A DNA stretch of 64,000 nucleotides from the human T2T-CHM13v2.0 reference genome, Homo sapiens. Below, piece after piece: positions 1-13,972 of the stretch. Position numbers and translations under genes: made by a program. Position 1 is the first letter of the stretch, and every line of letters begins with the position of its first letter. The notes beneath the pieces were generated by a model that did no database searches, was not told the origin of the DNA, and worked only from the letters and a program-made list of their open reading frames with translations. The stretch lies in the NCBI RefSeq assembly GCF_009914755.1, contig NC_060927.1, one strand, 5' to 3'.

Positions 1-390
1 GATACAGAATACTGCCATCACTTTAGACAGTTCTATTGGACAGTGCTGGTCTAGACGCAAGGGACATTCATAAATATAGGTTATTGCATTTTTAAGTGAT
101 ATGAATTAAGAATTTCTATGTTAGAAAATGAAATTAATTGGAGGAGGAAGCAGGAGAAGAAAAAAGATATGGGTGTCATAGTCTCATTTTGTGGGTGAAA
201 CAGGAAATAAAGGTGGATGGGTACAGCTTAAAGTTATAATGGTACCAAGACAGGAAGAACAATACTGTAATAACTGTAACAGAAGGAGAGTGGAGGAGAA
301 GTGGATGATGTAAAGTGAGCTGAAGCTCTATCTATTACAGTAGGGAGTCAAATAATCACTAAGATTGACCAATCAAGAAATGACAACAAA

Positions 391-700
391 GGCTGGGTGC
401 AGTGGTTCATGCTTATAAACCTAGCACTCAGGGAGGCTGAGGCAGGAGGATTGCTTGAAACCAGGAGTTCAAGACCAGCCTGGGCAAAATAGGGAGACCT
501 CAGTTTCTACAAAAACAAACAAACAAACAAACAAACAAAAAATTAGCCAGGTGTGGTTGTGTGCACCTATATTCCCAGCTACTCAGGAGGCTGAGGCAGG
601 AGGATCACTTGAACCCAGGAGTTCGAAGCTGCGGTGAGCTGTGATCATGCCACTGCACTCCAGCCTGGGAGACAGAGTGAGACCCTATCTCTAAATAATA
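391..700 (+). mobile_element. Alu (old, AluJ-like) with (AAAC)n-expanded middle A-rich linker
   Basis: GGCTGGGTGCAGTGG start, both monomers, A-rich tail. Confidence 0.93.
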
Positions 701-1949
701 AGAATAATAAACAATATAATAATAGTACTTAGCACTCCAGGGGTTAAAAAATTGTTAAAAAGTTTCATTTTGAAGGAAGGGATTGAGAGCAGAAAGGACT
801 AGGACAGAGAGCTGTGTTTTTTTAAAAAAAAATATGAATGTTTCTGTACTGTTTCATTTTTTTTAGCCATGTGCCGATATGACTTTCATTAAAAATTATT
901 GAAAAAAGGAACAAAAGTGATAGAATTTTCAATTTTCAATTCTAGTGGAGAAAGGGATTTTGCAGGAAGAATATATCTTTCTCAGGGTGACCTTCTCAAG
1001 GTGTTTGGTTGATGAAGTCATGGTTTAGAGGTATGTCCTCTATAAAGGCAAAACCAAAACCTAACAGAACCAACACTCAATACATAATCTGGATGCTCTA
1101 AGTGCATCTTGGGAAGATGAATAAATTTTAAGTGCCAACTGAGGGACTGACTGCTTGGGTGAGACAGAATGTGTGAGTGGGCGGATGTACTGGGACTGCG
1201 TGTGCGGGTGAGCAGTTGAGCAAACCTCAGTGGCTTCTGCCTGGGGCCAAGTGACAATTACGGTGAAAGCCCCTTCCAATACTTTCTGAGGACTGGAGAA
1301 AAACACAACCCTTAAAGTATATCTGGAATCATAGACAGCATGATGGATTCCCAGGGCTCTGTCACCAGAGGGCCTGAAATGTCTTCTTTGCTTACCGAAC
1401 GTCAGTACTGTGCTGGGCCAGTTGGGAGGCACTATTTCCATGTGAGCACTGGGTCAAATGCTACATGGACGCATATACATCATGAGGCCATTGTCCGTTG
1501 CTTCCTTTTATAAGAGGGCCAGAGTTTGTAAATGCCATTTTTACAGAGGTGGGAACTGTGACACCAAAAATTTCTCATAAGTAGCTCACCAGATGTCCAT
1601 TGCTTGAAAAATGATCACTGGCTTTCAAAATTTGATTCCCATTTGAAAGAAAAGAGTTAAAGTTTGAGATGTTTAAAAAATAAGGTTTCTCTAAGTTGCC
1701 TATAAATGGAACCATTTCAGATAATGGAAAAGAGAATACTGACCAAGTCTTGACTCTTACTCCTACTTTCTCAATTAGTGTCTATGTGACCTTGGGAAAA
1801 GCAATGAACTACTCAGATTTCTCATGAACAATACAGAAATATTTAATAACTGATAGTCATATATAAAATCAGGATGCATTTACCAATGATTGAACACCTA
1901 ATTTACAGTATCTTATTCACGTCTTCTAAGGACTTGTCTTCTTCCTTTA

Positions 1950-2060
1950 TGAATGAGGAAACTGGGCTCAGAGAGGTTAAGTTGCTGTCCTCAGGGCACA
2001 CAGTCAAGAAGTAGCAGAGCTAGGATTTGAACCCTAATGGGTGGGCCTGACTTCAAAGGA
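1950..2060 (-). mobile_element. MIR fragment
   Basis: atgaggaaactgggctcagagaggttaag...ggatttgaaccc core. Confidence 0.75.
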
Positions 2061-2849
2061 TTCTGTACTGTATCAGGTTGTCCCTACACTGCCTTTTCAC
2101 AAGACAATTTAACAAAGTTTGAAGGGAAAAGTCCTACCATGACTGTGGAAGTATTTTGAACAACAAAATGTATTATAATATTAACTGACCGCAAATAAGA
2201 CCTCATATATAAAACTGTAACCATCAAGGATAATATTCTGAAATGACCTCTGTGAACCACTGCAGAGCTTCACAGAGGGCCATGGGAAAGTGGGAGAGAG
2301 CCGAGGCTTTCCTGCAAAGCATCCTTAGGCAAGAACATGAAAACTGAGTTGCAGGGCTACTGGTTGATTGTACGGCTTCTGTGCATGTTCATAAATATTG
2401 ATTGTGATTAAACTATTATCATAGTAATGAGGGTAGTAATGCCTCCTACAGCCCATCCCACCATACTCCTCAAAGTCCCTACCTTTTATTAAACAAAGGG
2501 CTGCTGGCACTGCTGGGGAGTTGGGCAAGAGGCAAGGAAATGATCTCTATTAAGCAAACGCATTCTATTCCATGCTCTGATTAGGAGCCGCAGCCTCATT
2601 AACGATGAGAATTGTTCTCATCTCCTGTTGTTCAGGGTACTGTGCTCCGAGACTAGATCCAGGAAGTGTATGTTCTCATCTCCCCCCACCCCCCACCCCC
2701 TGGGGCTTCTGAACAGATGCCTGATTGAAGTAGACCTGTTTTTCCTTCCAGTTTTCCTTTTCCTCATTTCTGTCCCAATCCCTCATTCCCAGAGAGGATT
2801 TTTCCAAGGCTCAAGGGCTCCCTCAGACCCAGCCTCTTAACACTGCTGA

Positions 2850-3060
2850 TACTTAACAATGGTTGCATGCTTACTCTTTGCCTAGCACAAGGTTAAGCAA
2901 TTTATAAGGAATTCACCCTCACAATGGTGGGCGTGAAATTCTCATTGCTTACAGATGAGGAAACTGAGGCTCAGAGAGGTTAATCGACTTTTGAAAAGAT
3001 CCACAACTAGTGACATTATGGAGCTGGTATTTGAAGCATGGTTTCCTTGGACTCCAGGGT
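2850..3060 (-). mobile_element. MIR fragment
   Basis: acagatgaggaaactgaggctcagagaggttaa core. Confidence 0.75.
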
Positions 3061-5231
3061 TTGCCCTCCTAATGGCCACATTGTATGCTTTTCCATTTTG
3101 TTGATTTTTGTGACATGATCTTATTTTAAGAGAAACTTGGAAGTGCAAATTGGAAAGTTTTAATTTTGTAAAATCTCCAAGCAGACATGTAAGCTTATTT
3201 TTGCGGATTTTAAGTGGGGGCCCCTGCCCCCTTCTGGCATTTTTGTGTTTTGTTTGCCTTTTGAACATCTCTCAACACTAAGAAGGGTGACAGAATGCAA
3301 GCTTGAAGAGGACAAGGGCCATGTCTTACTTGTGTCCCTGGCTTCCACATGGCTTTGGTGCTGAGCAAGTGAGGGCTATATTGTTGTTACTGAATAGTAA
3401 TGCTTCTGCACGAAGGGGTCACTTGTGACCTCTGGTGTCCTTGACTTTTCCTGCAGGCTGCTTTAGCCTGAATTTGAAGGTATAATTTATGTCACTGCTG
3501 CCAGTGACAACTTATCTATCATAGCCTGGGTTTGCAACACAGTGGTTTGGTTTCTCTCTCTCTCTCTTTTTTGTTTTCATTTTCTCAGGTAAAGAGTGAA
3601 GAAAACAAGCAATCCCAGGGAGGATTTTTGCAAGGCTCAAGGGATGAGTTAAGAGGTCTGAGTTCTATTAAACTAGCTGTGCAAGTCATTTTCCTTCTCT
3701 GGTTTCAGTTTCCGCAACTGCAAAATGGAGTGGCTAGAAAGTATCAGTACTTCCCAGACTTCCAGCATCAATACACCTTCCTGATTTTGGCTGCAACCCA
3801 TGAACCATCTGTATTATAGTTACTTATTATTCCTCCTTAAACTAGCTCACTTTAAAAATACTTAATTATAAAGGGAAACATGTTTCTACTATAAATGAAA
3901 AAGCAATATCACTCTCAATAAGAAAAAAGCCAGGGTGAAAATAAATACAATATAACTAAAATAATGGTAGTAAATTCTGGGTAGACATGGTTGCCTGCTA
4001 AGGGTCCTGAGCCTGAAGCCTCCCCGTCCTCTGTTACAAATGAAAATTTGAGATTTTTAGAAAAGTGTGAAAGACAAACAAGCACCAAATGGAAACTTTC
4101 TTCTTGACATAAGGATAAAGATGAAAAGAGAATTAGAAAAATAATAACCCTCTCACAATGTGATTGGTCTTGTTTAATGATGAGTTTTTGGAGCATCTAA
4201 CACCAGTAGCATCTGAGGTCCCATGTGGTACATATCCTGCACTTGGGATATACTCAGTGGTATGCTGGTTTCTGAAAAGCTCACACTCTCTCTCTTCCCT
4301 TTCTCTTTATCTATCACTGTCTAAAAAAAAAAAAAAAACCCAATATAATAATATACTGAAATATAAGTAAGATAGTGTTTGCCAATTTCAGTAAAATGCT
4401 CCTGCTGTGGTCAGTTTTAGGCTACCAATGTGACATCCCTAACTTCGAACATAGGAAGAGAAATGGAGATCGGCTCTCACCAGCAGGTAGGAGCCAAGCA
4501 GACTCTAGCATATCAGTGGAAACATTGAACCAGAAAGTCTAGAAAGTTCCTTCGATTGAATGCACTCTAGACACTAACTTCCAGACAGTAGAGTAAGATT
4601 TTTTTTTTAAACCTATCTCTACCACTCTTAGTTCAGCAATTTACATACAGCAGTGGCTGATTGAGTAGCTGATGCTAACATTTGTGCTCAGTGATAGAAC
4701 TACACTAATAATTACAATAATAACAATGTCTAACAAGTGTCAAATACTTACTCCAATCCACCATTTTCTCATTTAATTCTACCCACACCACATAATGTAG
4801 GTCTTATTGTTCCCATTTTACAGATTAGGCAACTAAGGTCAGAGATTAATCAATCTGTCTAAGATTATACTTTAGGAAGTGGCAGAACTGGAAAAATAAG
4901 AAACCCCAGTGCACACTGAAATAAACCTGATTCAAACCAAAATATGCTTGGAGAATGAGATATTCAATTCTAGTTAAGCAAACATTTTGATTAATAAAGA
5001 GGTGTTTTAGAGACTATGTAAAAACGAAAAATTCTTTTGGCATTAAAATAAAACACAAAATGCTAAAATACACTAAACATAATGGAATATGACTTTGATG
5101 AATCAAATTTTTGCATGAAAGAATATGCTAAAATATAAGTCACAAGAGTTTTGATTGACCTTGTCATGGGTAATAGTTTGGATTGCTTACAGGAGAAATG
5201 ATTGGTATGCTAAGACTGAACTGGTGAGAAA

Positions 5232-5650
5232 ATGGAACCAACCCAAATGTCCATCAATGATAGAGTGGATAAAGAAAATGTGGCACATATACACTATAGA
5301 ATACTACACAGCCATAAAAAAGGATGAGTTCATGTCCTTTGCAGGGACATGGATGAAGCTGGAATCCATAATTCTCAGCAAACTAACACAAGAACAGAAA
5401 ACCAAACACCGCGTTTTCTCATAAGTGGGAGTTGAACAATGAGAACACATGGACACAGGGAGGGAAACATCACACACTGGGGCCTGTTGAAGGGTGGGGG
5501 ACTAGGGGAGGGATAGCATTAGAAGAAATACCTAATGTAGATGACGGGTTGATGGGTGCAGCAAACCACCATGGCACATGTATACCTATGTAACAAACCC
5601 GCACATTCTGCACATGTATCCCAGAACTTGAAGTATAATTTAAAAAAAAA
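5232..5650 (+). mobile_element. L1PA 3' fragment (ORF2 C-terminus, 3' UTR, poly-A)
   Basis: WNQPKCPSMIEWIKKMWHIYT...KTKHR ORF2 end, G-rich 3' UTR, A tail. Confidence 0.95.
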
Positions 5651-5930
5651 TTTTTAAAAAAGCACCAGGGTCATGTAAACTTTCTTACAGTTTTGAATAA
5701 TTTGACAGTAAGGCTAAGAATGGCTATTTATGGAGCACCTACTAACTATATACCAGGTGTTATGAAAGGGCTACTGTTTATCTCTTATTAGCCCAGTGGC
5801 TCTCTGAGGCAGCTATCAGCATTCCCACTGTATAGATGAAGAAACCAAGGCTCAGAAACGGTCAATAGCCTGCCTACGTTTCTGTTAGTCTGGGCTTCAC
5901 AGTCACACCTTTATCTTAATCACTCTCTAA

Positions 5931-6318
<388 letters not shown>

Positions 6319-7049
6319 AAATACCCATATTCTTTAGGTATTTCTTTTGTAGCTAGCATTTCTGTGACCTGGTCACTTAGACCACACAGTCTGGAGAAAA
6401 TACTGTGTGTGTCTTATGTTTGCTTTGAATGATATTCAGCTGTTCACTACACAATATTAAGTGAAATAGTTAACTTTGGATACTTATCTTTTCTCTTCTG
6501 TAAAGCTTCTGAAGGGTTGCTTCAGACAGCAAGTGTGTTAATTGTTAACTCCATTTTCATGGCATCAACTGGAAATAAGGATGTCCTAGTAGGCAATAAA
6601 ATGATCTGTCACAGACCCCAAAGGGGATGTCAAATTCTGAAACACTAGGGAGTGGCTGATGAAAGAAACTGATAGAAGATATAGCAGATCAGTGTTTAAG
6701 ACTTCTCTAACTTTTTAAAGCGCGGTGTTTTTTGGTTGGCCCATATGAACAAAATACATTAGAAAAAATAAATGGTGGCTTCCATTGGAAGGTGGCCCTC
6801 AGCTCCAGCATCAGAAGACCACAAACCCAGCTGGCTTATAACAGGGAGCTGGTCTCTCTGTGACCTCGCTTAACTTCTCCAGCTGAATTGATTTTGCTAA
6901 ATTCCCTGCTGAAAACGCTGGAAGTCTGTACCATAGGCAAGCTCCTTCATGATCAGGCTCCTGCACTGATTGCTCTTTAACTCCATGCCTGTCATTTTTC
7001 TCCTTCTGGCCTGGCCTTTCACAAGGAACGTCTAGTTCCTAAAATTTAC

Positions 7050-7385
7050 TAGATCTTCCCTTTCACCTCCAGGTCTTTCTATCTTGGAATACTCTTTGTT
7101 CTCTCCTTTGCCAAGCAAAACTCTACTTATTTTTTAGGTCTCAGCCCAAATGTCATTTCCTTCAATGGTCTCCCAGATGAGGTTGGGTCCCTTTGGTCCA
7201 TAGTTACACTGCACTGGCTACTCTCTCTTTCTGAGTAATCACCATGCTTGTAAACTACCTGTTGAGAATATGTATCTCCCTCATGCAAATGTCCAATAAA
7301 CAGCATTGTCCATCTTATCCATTGCTAACCCCCCCAGTGTCTAGCACATAGTAGGCACTCCATAAACAGGTATAGAATGAAGGAC
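7050..7385 (+). mobile_element. L2 3' fragment
   Basis: Degenerate L2 3' end (cccagtgtctagcacatagtaggcactc...gaatga). Confidence 0.65.
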
Positions 7386-7669
7386 TAATGTAAAATGAAT
7401 GATTATCTGGACAGCACAAAGGAAGTGGAGAATTTTGAATGTCTATTACTTCAGTACTACGGTAAAATAGCTGGCTGGTGAGTAAAATCTTTATAAATTA
7501 TTTTTGCTGGTAATATATGAAAAATAGATGACTCTTTCCCTTAGAAGTAGTATCAGCTAGTGGATAGTTTCTGGAAAAGTCACTAATTGACTTCACCTAC
7601 AGATTTCTGTGTATATATGGGGAATAACATTTTTGTAATAATAAAGGAGCAATTTAGGGTAGAGTCTTA

Positions 7670-7838
7670 ATAACTATGTGACTTTGACAAATCACTCACC
7701 ATCACTTATCTATAAAATGGGGATGCTAATTAAATCAGTTGCATAGACTGATTGTGAGGATCAAATGAGAAAATGCATGCATACACTTAGCACAGTGTCC
7801 GGCACATAGTATGTGTTCAATAAACGCCAGCTACTACT
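7670..7838 (+). mobile_element. MIR fragment
   Basis: tgtgaggatcaaatgaga...cttagcacagtgtccggcacatagta...aataaa. Confidence 0.8.
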
Positions 7839-9179
7839 ACCACAGTTGGTGCTTCTGTCCAAGGCAGACACCTCCACTCTGAAATATAGAAGCCAATTGA
7901 CTTAAAAATTACATGTATTTGGCAGTGAATAATCTGGTGATGTTACCCTCTGGAGGGTGAACCAAAACCTCTGTCTGCATCACTCATCATCAACCCACAC
8001 TGTAAAAAGCCGTCTCTCCTACCCTGGACATTCCCTGAAGCCAAAGCATAAGTGAAATGCCATCAGAGAAAATACTAACAAACTCTGAGGAATATTCACC
8101 CCACTCTAGAATTCAGACTGCCTCTTAACAAAAATGTTCTGTGAACAGAAGTGAATGTCATTGATTCAGTTTGGGCTTTAGACCCAGGTGGCATTCTCGT
8201 TCTAAGGCATGGCATCAAGAGCTCTGCACAAAAGCAGTCAATGCTACTGATTTACACAAACGTCTCGCAAATTCTAGTGGGGAGAAACATATCTGTTTTG
8301 TTTCATTTCCAGGTGGCAAGACAATCAAAATGCTGGCAAAAGGAAAACAGGGTGAATGAGAGTAACTTAAGACAAAGAAGACTGGACATACGGTAGGTTT
8401 CAGGCCCTTGACAGCCCTAAGATAGGCTTTATTCTTCCTGTTGTGAGTGGCTTCCATGTTGTGTTGTGACCACCTCAAATGGATTTATTTGATCGGAGGA
8501 GGATGTCTGAATTCTAGGGGACTTGAGAAGACTTGATATAAAGTTCAGACAGAACTTGATAAGGTTCTGTCTGCTTTGAGATGGGGCCTGGGCTACTCCT
8601 ACATCTTTATTCCTCTGCAGGGGCCCCAGGGTTTAGTGAAGGAAGAATTCACGTGAGCTGGGGGGAGCTTAACCTTTCCAAGCCTTAGTTTCAACATCTG
8701 CAGAAGAGTGTTGTTGGAATGGGATTGTTCTGAGGATTCAGCAGGAAAAATACATTTAAAGCACATAGCTTTGTGCCAGGCACTTAGCAAGTGTTTAAGG
8801 AATAGGAGCTGTAGCTCTTATAGTTATTTTAGACTTCTGAATTCATCTAATATAACCATCATCATATTACACTGAAGGAGATTAAAAGCCAAGATGTGGT
8901 ACCTTGTTCCAGGTCACACAGCTCCTTGGTAAGGGGCAGAGCTGGGTTACCATCCCAGTCTCCCTACCCTGTGCTGTCTTTTTTACTGTACTCCATGGAC
9001 TCTCAGGACTCCTAGCTCAGCTGAGCTCTTCGGTATATCATAGTTCTCGGGCTTTCCACCTTTGCCCTCTCCAGTCAAGTCTCCACCCCCAACATTCACT
9101 TAATCCCTAAACCGTGTTTATGTGGCCTCCAAAATATCCACAGAAGTGCCTCCTGCTTTCCTGCCTCCTGGCTAATGCA

Positions 9180-9532
9180 GCTGCTATTTTGTCCAGAAGA
9201 TTCTCCCCTCTTCTGTATCCATCGCTGACTCCTTCAAGCTTGAGAGCTCAAGTCGCTCATGTCCTCTGCAGAGAGACCTTGCCTGAGCATCCTGACTAAA
9301 GTAATATCACCTCCCCGCTTTCTCTTGCTCTCCAGTTTATGTCCTGTGGAAATGCTTCTCCCACCGGATAATTTTCTTTCATTTTTAATTGCCTGTCTCC
9401 TTTACTAAATGTAAGCTCCCAAAAGGGCCGAGAACACACCTTTCTAGCTCGTTGCTGTGTCCCTAGCACCTAGCACAGAACATGACACATAGGTGCTCAG
9501 TAAATAGAAGTTGAGTAAATGAATGAATGAAT
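9180..9532 (+). mobile_element. L2 3' fragment
   Basis: aatgtaagctcc...cctagcacctagcacag...taggtgctcagtaaata...(gaat)n. Confidence 0.8.
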
Positions 9533-9729
9533 TCCAGAACCAGCATATTTGTTAACACTTGCAGAGGACAGAGGAAAGCATTGTCACTTTCTGTGGGAGG
9601 AACCTGGGTACCTGCTTGCCCTCTTCTTGGCCTCCTAAAAGAACAGCGAGTGGCTACCCACAAGACAGGGACCCTTCCAAACAGGCATCCCACGCAAAAG
9701 CACATCTTGTAGTCAAGGGAAATGGGCAG

Positions 9730-10230
9730 ATAGTTGCTAATTGCGTCTTCCAACTGGGCTGATCTTTCAAAAGTTCGAAAGGCGCCTGCCTCCATAAATC
9801 CCAGGCTGCTACTGCTGCTGAAGCTGGTGAGGGAGGAGAGGAGGGTGCGCTTGGGCGCCTCTCGGGCTGGCACGAAGAAGCCACATCTCATCCTCCCTCC
9901 TCCCTCCAGCTCCTCTCCAAGAGAGGAAGCAATGCAGATGGAGACGAGAAATAAATATTCCTGCCTGCTCCGTGCCACTGCAGACGTTTTCCAAAATGTC
10001 TGGCTTGGACCATGAAACAAGCCCACCCAGGAAAGGAGGCGCTCAGCGGGAGAAAGAGGGGGAAAGGGTGGCATATTTGTCGATACTCGTCAGCTTTCTG
10101 GGGGGCAGAGCACATGGCTCATCCTTGGCAGCCCTGCTGAGGTGGGGACGTGGTAAGTGCACAGTAATACTTAAGGAATTGAATCAGAAATGGGAGTGGA
10201 GTTAAGAAACTCATGCCAGAGCGTCGGCAC
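9730..10230. promoter_or_regulatory. CpG/GC-enriched non-repeat intronic element, candidate enhancer
   Basis: Roughly 16 CpGs in 500 bp against a CpG-poor background; no TE signature recognised. Confidence 0.4.
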
Positions 10231-11629
10231 TATCTCTATGCCTCTGCACAGGGTCCTAGGACGCACAGCTGGTTCTTTCACAGGTTTCAAGCTCTTTGCA
10301 CAATACCTGCTGCCTCTGCTCATCCTTTTTACTTCCACTCCACTCCTGGGGAATTAACACAATTGGGCCGAAGGAAGCCATCAAAGGCCATTTGGAATTT
10401 GGGCAGGAACTCAGAATCCATGTGTGGAGATATTCCTGCCACCTCTAAACACAGTTCACTTTCTCTAATACTGGAATACTGGCAGGAGATGAGAACACGG
10501 GCTGCAAATGATAAGTGGGTGCTTTTGGCCTGGGGTGGCCAAGTGTGTGGGAGAAGTGTCACTAAGGAGGGAAGTTACGGGCCCAGCAACAGGCACCGAA
10601 GTGTTCTGCATTACACTGCCTTTGCTAGGCATGCTGTGAGGCTGCAAAATGTCTCTGAAAAGGGAGATGAGAGGATGGGAATTTCAGTTTGAACACTTCT
10701 GCATAGGATGCTCTGGGTGTCCTGTTTCTAATCTTCCTGTGAGACTCTCTGGTGCCCTGTTCTTGATATCGCTGCCCCTGGACCACCTTCCCATAGTCCT
10801 CTTGGTAGGCCAGTAATTAGGGTGGGGCCCTTGGTGGATTGAATTCTGCTCAGTAAAGAGTAGAGGAGCTTTCCTGAGTTTCACAGGTTCAAGTCCAATG
10901 CAACAAAAACAGTTGCTCAAAGTGAAGACACAAAGAAAGCAATGTCTTCTACGGGTGTCAGGGAAACATTTTCCAGAAATGTTGCACTGAATTCTGTTTC
11001 TTTTCACCATTTCCAGGACTTCACTGAGGAATGAAACATTGTCTAATATTTCCCACTCATGTGCCCTGAATCCTTCTTTATGAATCTTCCCCACTCATTT
11101 GCCCATCTGCCTTCCAGTGCCAGGCAATTGCCAGCTGAATCCCACTCTCTCCAGGAAGCCATTCAGTGGTGGGGGAAAGCTGGCAGGACACACTGGTTCC
11201 TGTCCCCACTCTGCCCATTGCTGTGTGACCTCAGACAAATCACTCCCCTCTCTGGGCCTTCATTGCTTTGTCAAAGGAGTGGGTTGGATAGGTTTCCTTT
11301 CAGCTGTGACACATTATAGGAATGTTCCATAAGTGAAATTGGATGGAATTCCTACTGTCATTATCCCCTTCCCACCTCACCTTTGCCAATAAGCTCCAGG
11401 GATAGGGGCCATCGCACCTCTGGGATTGAATTCAATCCTCGTACCTGGGAAGGTCAGAACTGCATATCAGAAGAAACTGTTTTAAATGTTCTGTTTATAT
11501 TTCCCTTAGTTCCCAGGAAGATTAATGTATGGGTTGGGGAAAGATCAAAGTAGGGCATATTTGGAAAGAAGTTGTGTGCATGTATGTCTGCATTTTACAA
11601 TAATCATATTAGTTACTTTTTAAAAATAA

Positions 11630-11850
11630 TAGTTGCCATTTATTGAACTCTATTATGAGCTAGGCCTATGCTAAGCTCTTTTGCCTACGTTATTATCTTC
11701 ATGATAGCTCATTAGGGAACATATTATCTGCCCTGCACTCCCTTACAAATGAGAAAACTGAGGTTCTGAGGGGATGGGACATTTGCTTAAGATCAGACAG
11801 CTGTTAACATTGGCAATGGGATTTGAGCCTGGATCTGTTGGATTCCAAGG
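11630..11850 (-). mobile_element. MIR fragment
   Basis: catttattga...acaaatgagaaaactgagg...gggatttgagcc. Confidence 0.7.
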
Positions 11851-12925
11851 ACAATAATGTGCCATCCACTACCCTGTGCTGGGCCTTGTCTTGGCATTCA
11901 GTCACTATCTGGGAGATTCTTCATACAGTGAGGCTGTTTTAAAGACCCACAGGCAGTGGGTCCTAAATTGATTCCCTTTCCTATGGTGTTGTCAGAGGAA
12001 AACAGCTAGTCTCAGAGCCAGCAGGAACCTGCTGTCAGAAATGGCAGGGAAGCATGCAGCTGTGGTGTCTGCCTAGCATCAGGAAGAGTGGGAGAACTGG
12101 GCCCCCGAAGCAGTCCATTTATAGCAACCATCTTCATTGATCATTTATCCATAGAAAATAAGGCTGGTTTCTGCCCAGACTTAGCTACCTCATTTCTATG
12201 GCCTTGCCTAATTCTGGCACAGAATCAGGGCCTCTTGGAATTTGCAAATAATTAGATCATATGTCCCAGAAGTTGTAAACTTAAATGGCTCCTAAGCCCA
12301 GGTAGGTATGTGAATGAGTGAAACAGCCAGGAGGGGGTTACAGCAAACTGCAAACACATGTCCAGTCTAAGACCCCCAAGACACAGCTCCAGCAGAGTTG
12401 CTGTGCACCTAGAATGCTATGCAGGCACCCCCAGAAATACAGAATTTTCTGTGAATTCTCCTGATTTTTAAATGTAGGCAATTCAGTTAAGAAGAACATA
12501 CTTGACACAGTGAGGACCATATAAAACATATTTCCAGGACTGAGTGCAGGTCTTCATTTAAAACTCTAAAATTAATTTTTCTTATTTACAGATGAGGAAA
12601 TGGTGGCCCACATTAAGTCATTTGCCAGAGCTAGCTAAGGTGGACTTAGGTAGGCAAATCTCTGGATGCATACAAATAGCAATGTGTGTGTGTGTTCATA
12701 AAAAATACACACATATTGTACCTTTACAAATGAAATAGAAATGATGTTGGATTACCTGCTGTTATTAAATGTTTGGCTTTTCACATAGTGTTAATATTAT
12801 ACAATAGTTGACTATAATTAACACACACACCCATCCCAAAACAAAATGACACAACATAACTCCTCTCCCAAGCCGAAACCAAAAATTAAAACAAAAGCCA
12901 GGAAATAAAGAAGCTCTTTACTTAC

Positions 12926-13009
12926 GGTAAATGACAGAAAAGAAGAAAACAAAGTCCCTTCGTCATATCTGGATAATTTTGCCAGCACTCCTTCCAAGAT
13001 AGTAACGAA
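12926..13009 (-). CDS. CADPS: CADPS coding exon, 84 nt ([28 protein letters not shown]); I did not find the next exon within the window
   Basis: TAG acceptor, ACC|GTAAGT donor. Confidence 0.97.
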
Positions 13010-13897
13010 CTAGAAAAACAGCAAAAAAGAAAAAAATGTTATTTCAAACTATAATTGTTCACCATAAAGCACATCATTTCCCCACCACATAAAGGCTGGG
13101 ATCGAGCCCTCCGTTCATTTCTGCAGTCTATTATTTGATTCCCGCCTTCGGAGAAAGGAATAGACTGCCTTTACATAGAAATATTTGACTTATCCGGCTT
13201 TCTCTTCATTATTATGTGATTGCAAATATAGAGTGTTACAGAAGTGCAAAGTGACAAAATATTATTGAGTTGCATATAGCATGCGATAATATTAAATGCA
13301 CTTTTTAAAATCCAAAACTGCGCAAAGCAGTTTCTACGTTACATATTAGCACTACATTTAATCCAATCTATTTTTATTTGTATTTTATCAGTAATTTGGG
13401 GGAAACAGAAGTTTAGCACTGGCAAATATAAATGTCTTCCCATTCAGCATTACTTAGTTAAAATTCTATAATTCATGAGGGTGACTGAAATAGCTTTATC
13501 TGACTTTTATGTTTTATTATGACTCTCACTGCATGTGAAACTAGAGGAAAAGGGGTTTTCATGATGGCAGAATTCCTTATTACCGTTTAACTTTCTGTAT
13601 TTAAAAATCTAACTTTGTCAGAGCTGAAAAACAAAACAAACATTTCTCATATAACCTAGCGCAACGTTTGGGGACAAATTCTTATTAAGTTAACATATGC
13701 CACTTCATCAATTTATCTTCACACGGCTCGAGATCATCGGAAAATCATTTAGAGCTGAGGCTGGGTGATGTACAATCTTGTTTCCTGAGAGACACAAGTA
13801 TCCAGCTCAACTTTTTAATGTGTTACATTTTAATGGAAATGGAGACATAACAAAGCAGTGTTCACAATGAAACATTTCACCTGAAGCTGGAGGTTAC

Positions 13898-13972
13898 CTT
13901 TGCAACCAAGAGTGTTATCATTTCTTTAACAGTTTCTTCAATTAGTTCGTCTATTTTTGAATGGTATTGATG
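13898..13972 (-). CDS. CADPS: CADPS coding exon, 75 nt ([25 protein letters not shown])
   Basis: TAG acceptor, AAG|GTAACC donor. Confidence 0.97.

Noticed and set aside
1396-1460. Donor-like TCG|GTAAGC with upstream AGs
   Set aside because: Possible exons (53 or 65 nt) are not frame-preserving and lack a pyrimidine tract
5155-5424. ORF resembling a real protein
   Set aside because: It is the C-terminus of L1 ORF2 in a truncated L1 copy, not a gene
9463-10074. Longest ORF in the track (203 aa, minus strand)
   Set aside because: No recognisable protein, runs into an L2 fragment, and is explained by local GC richness
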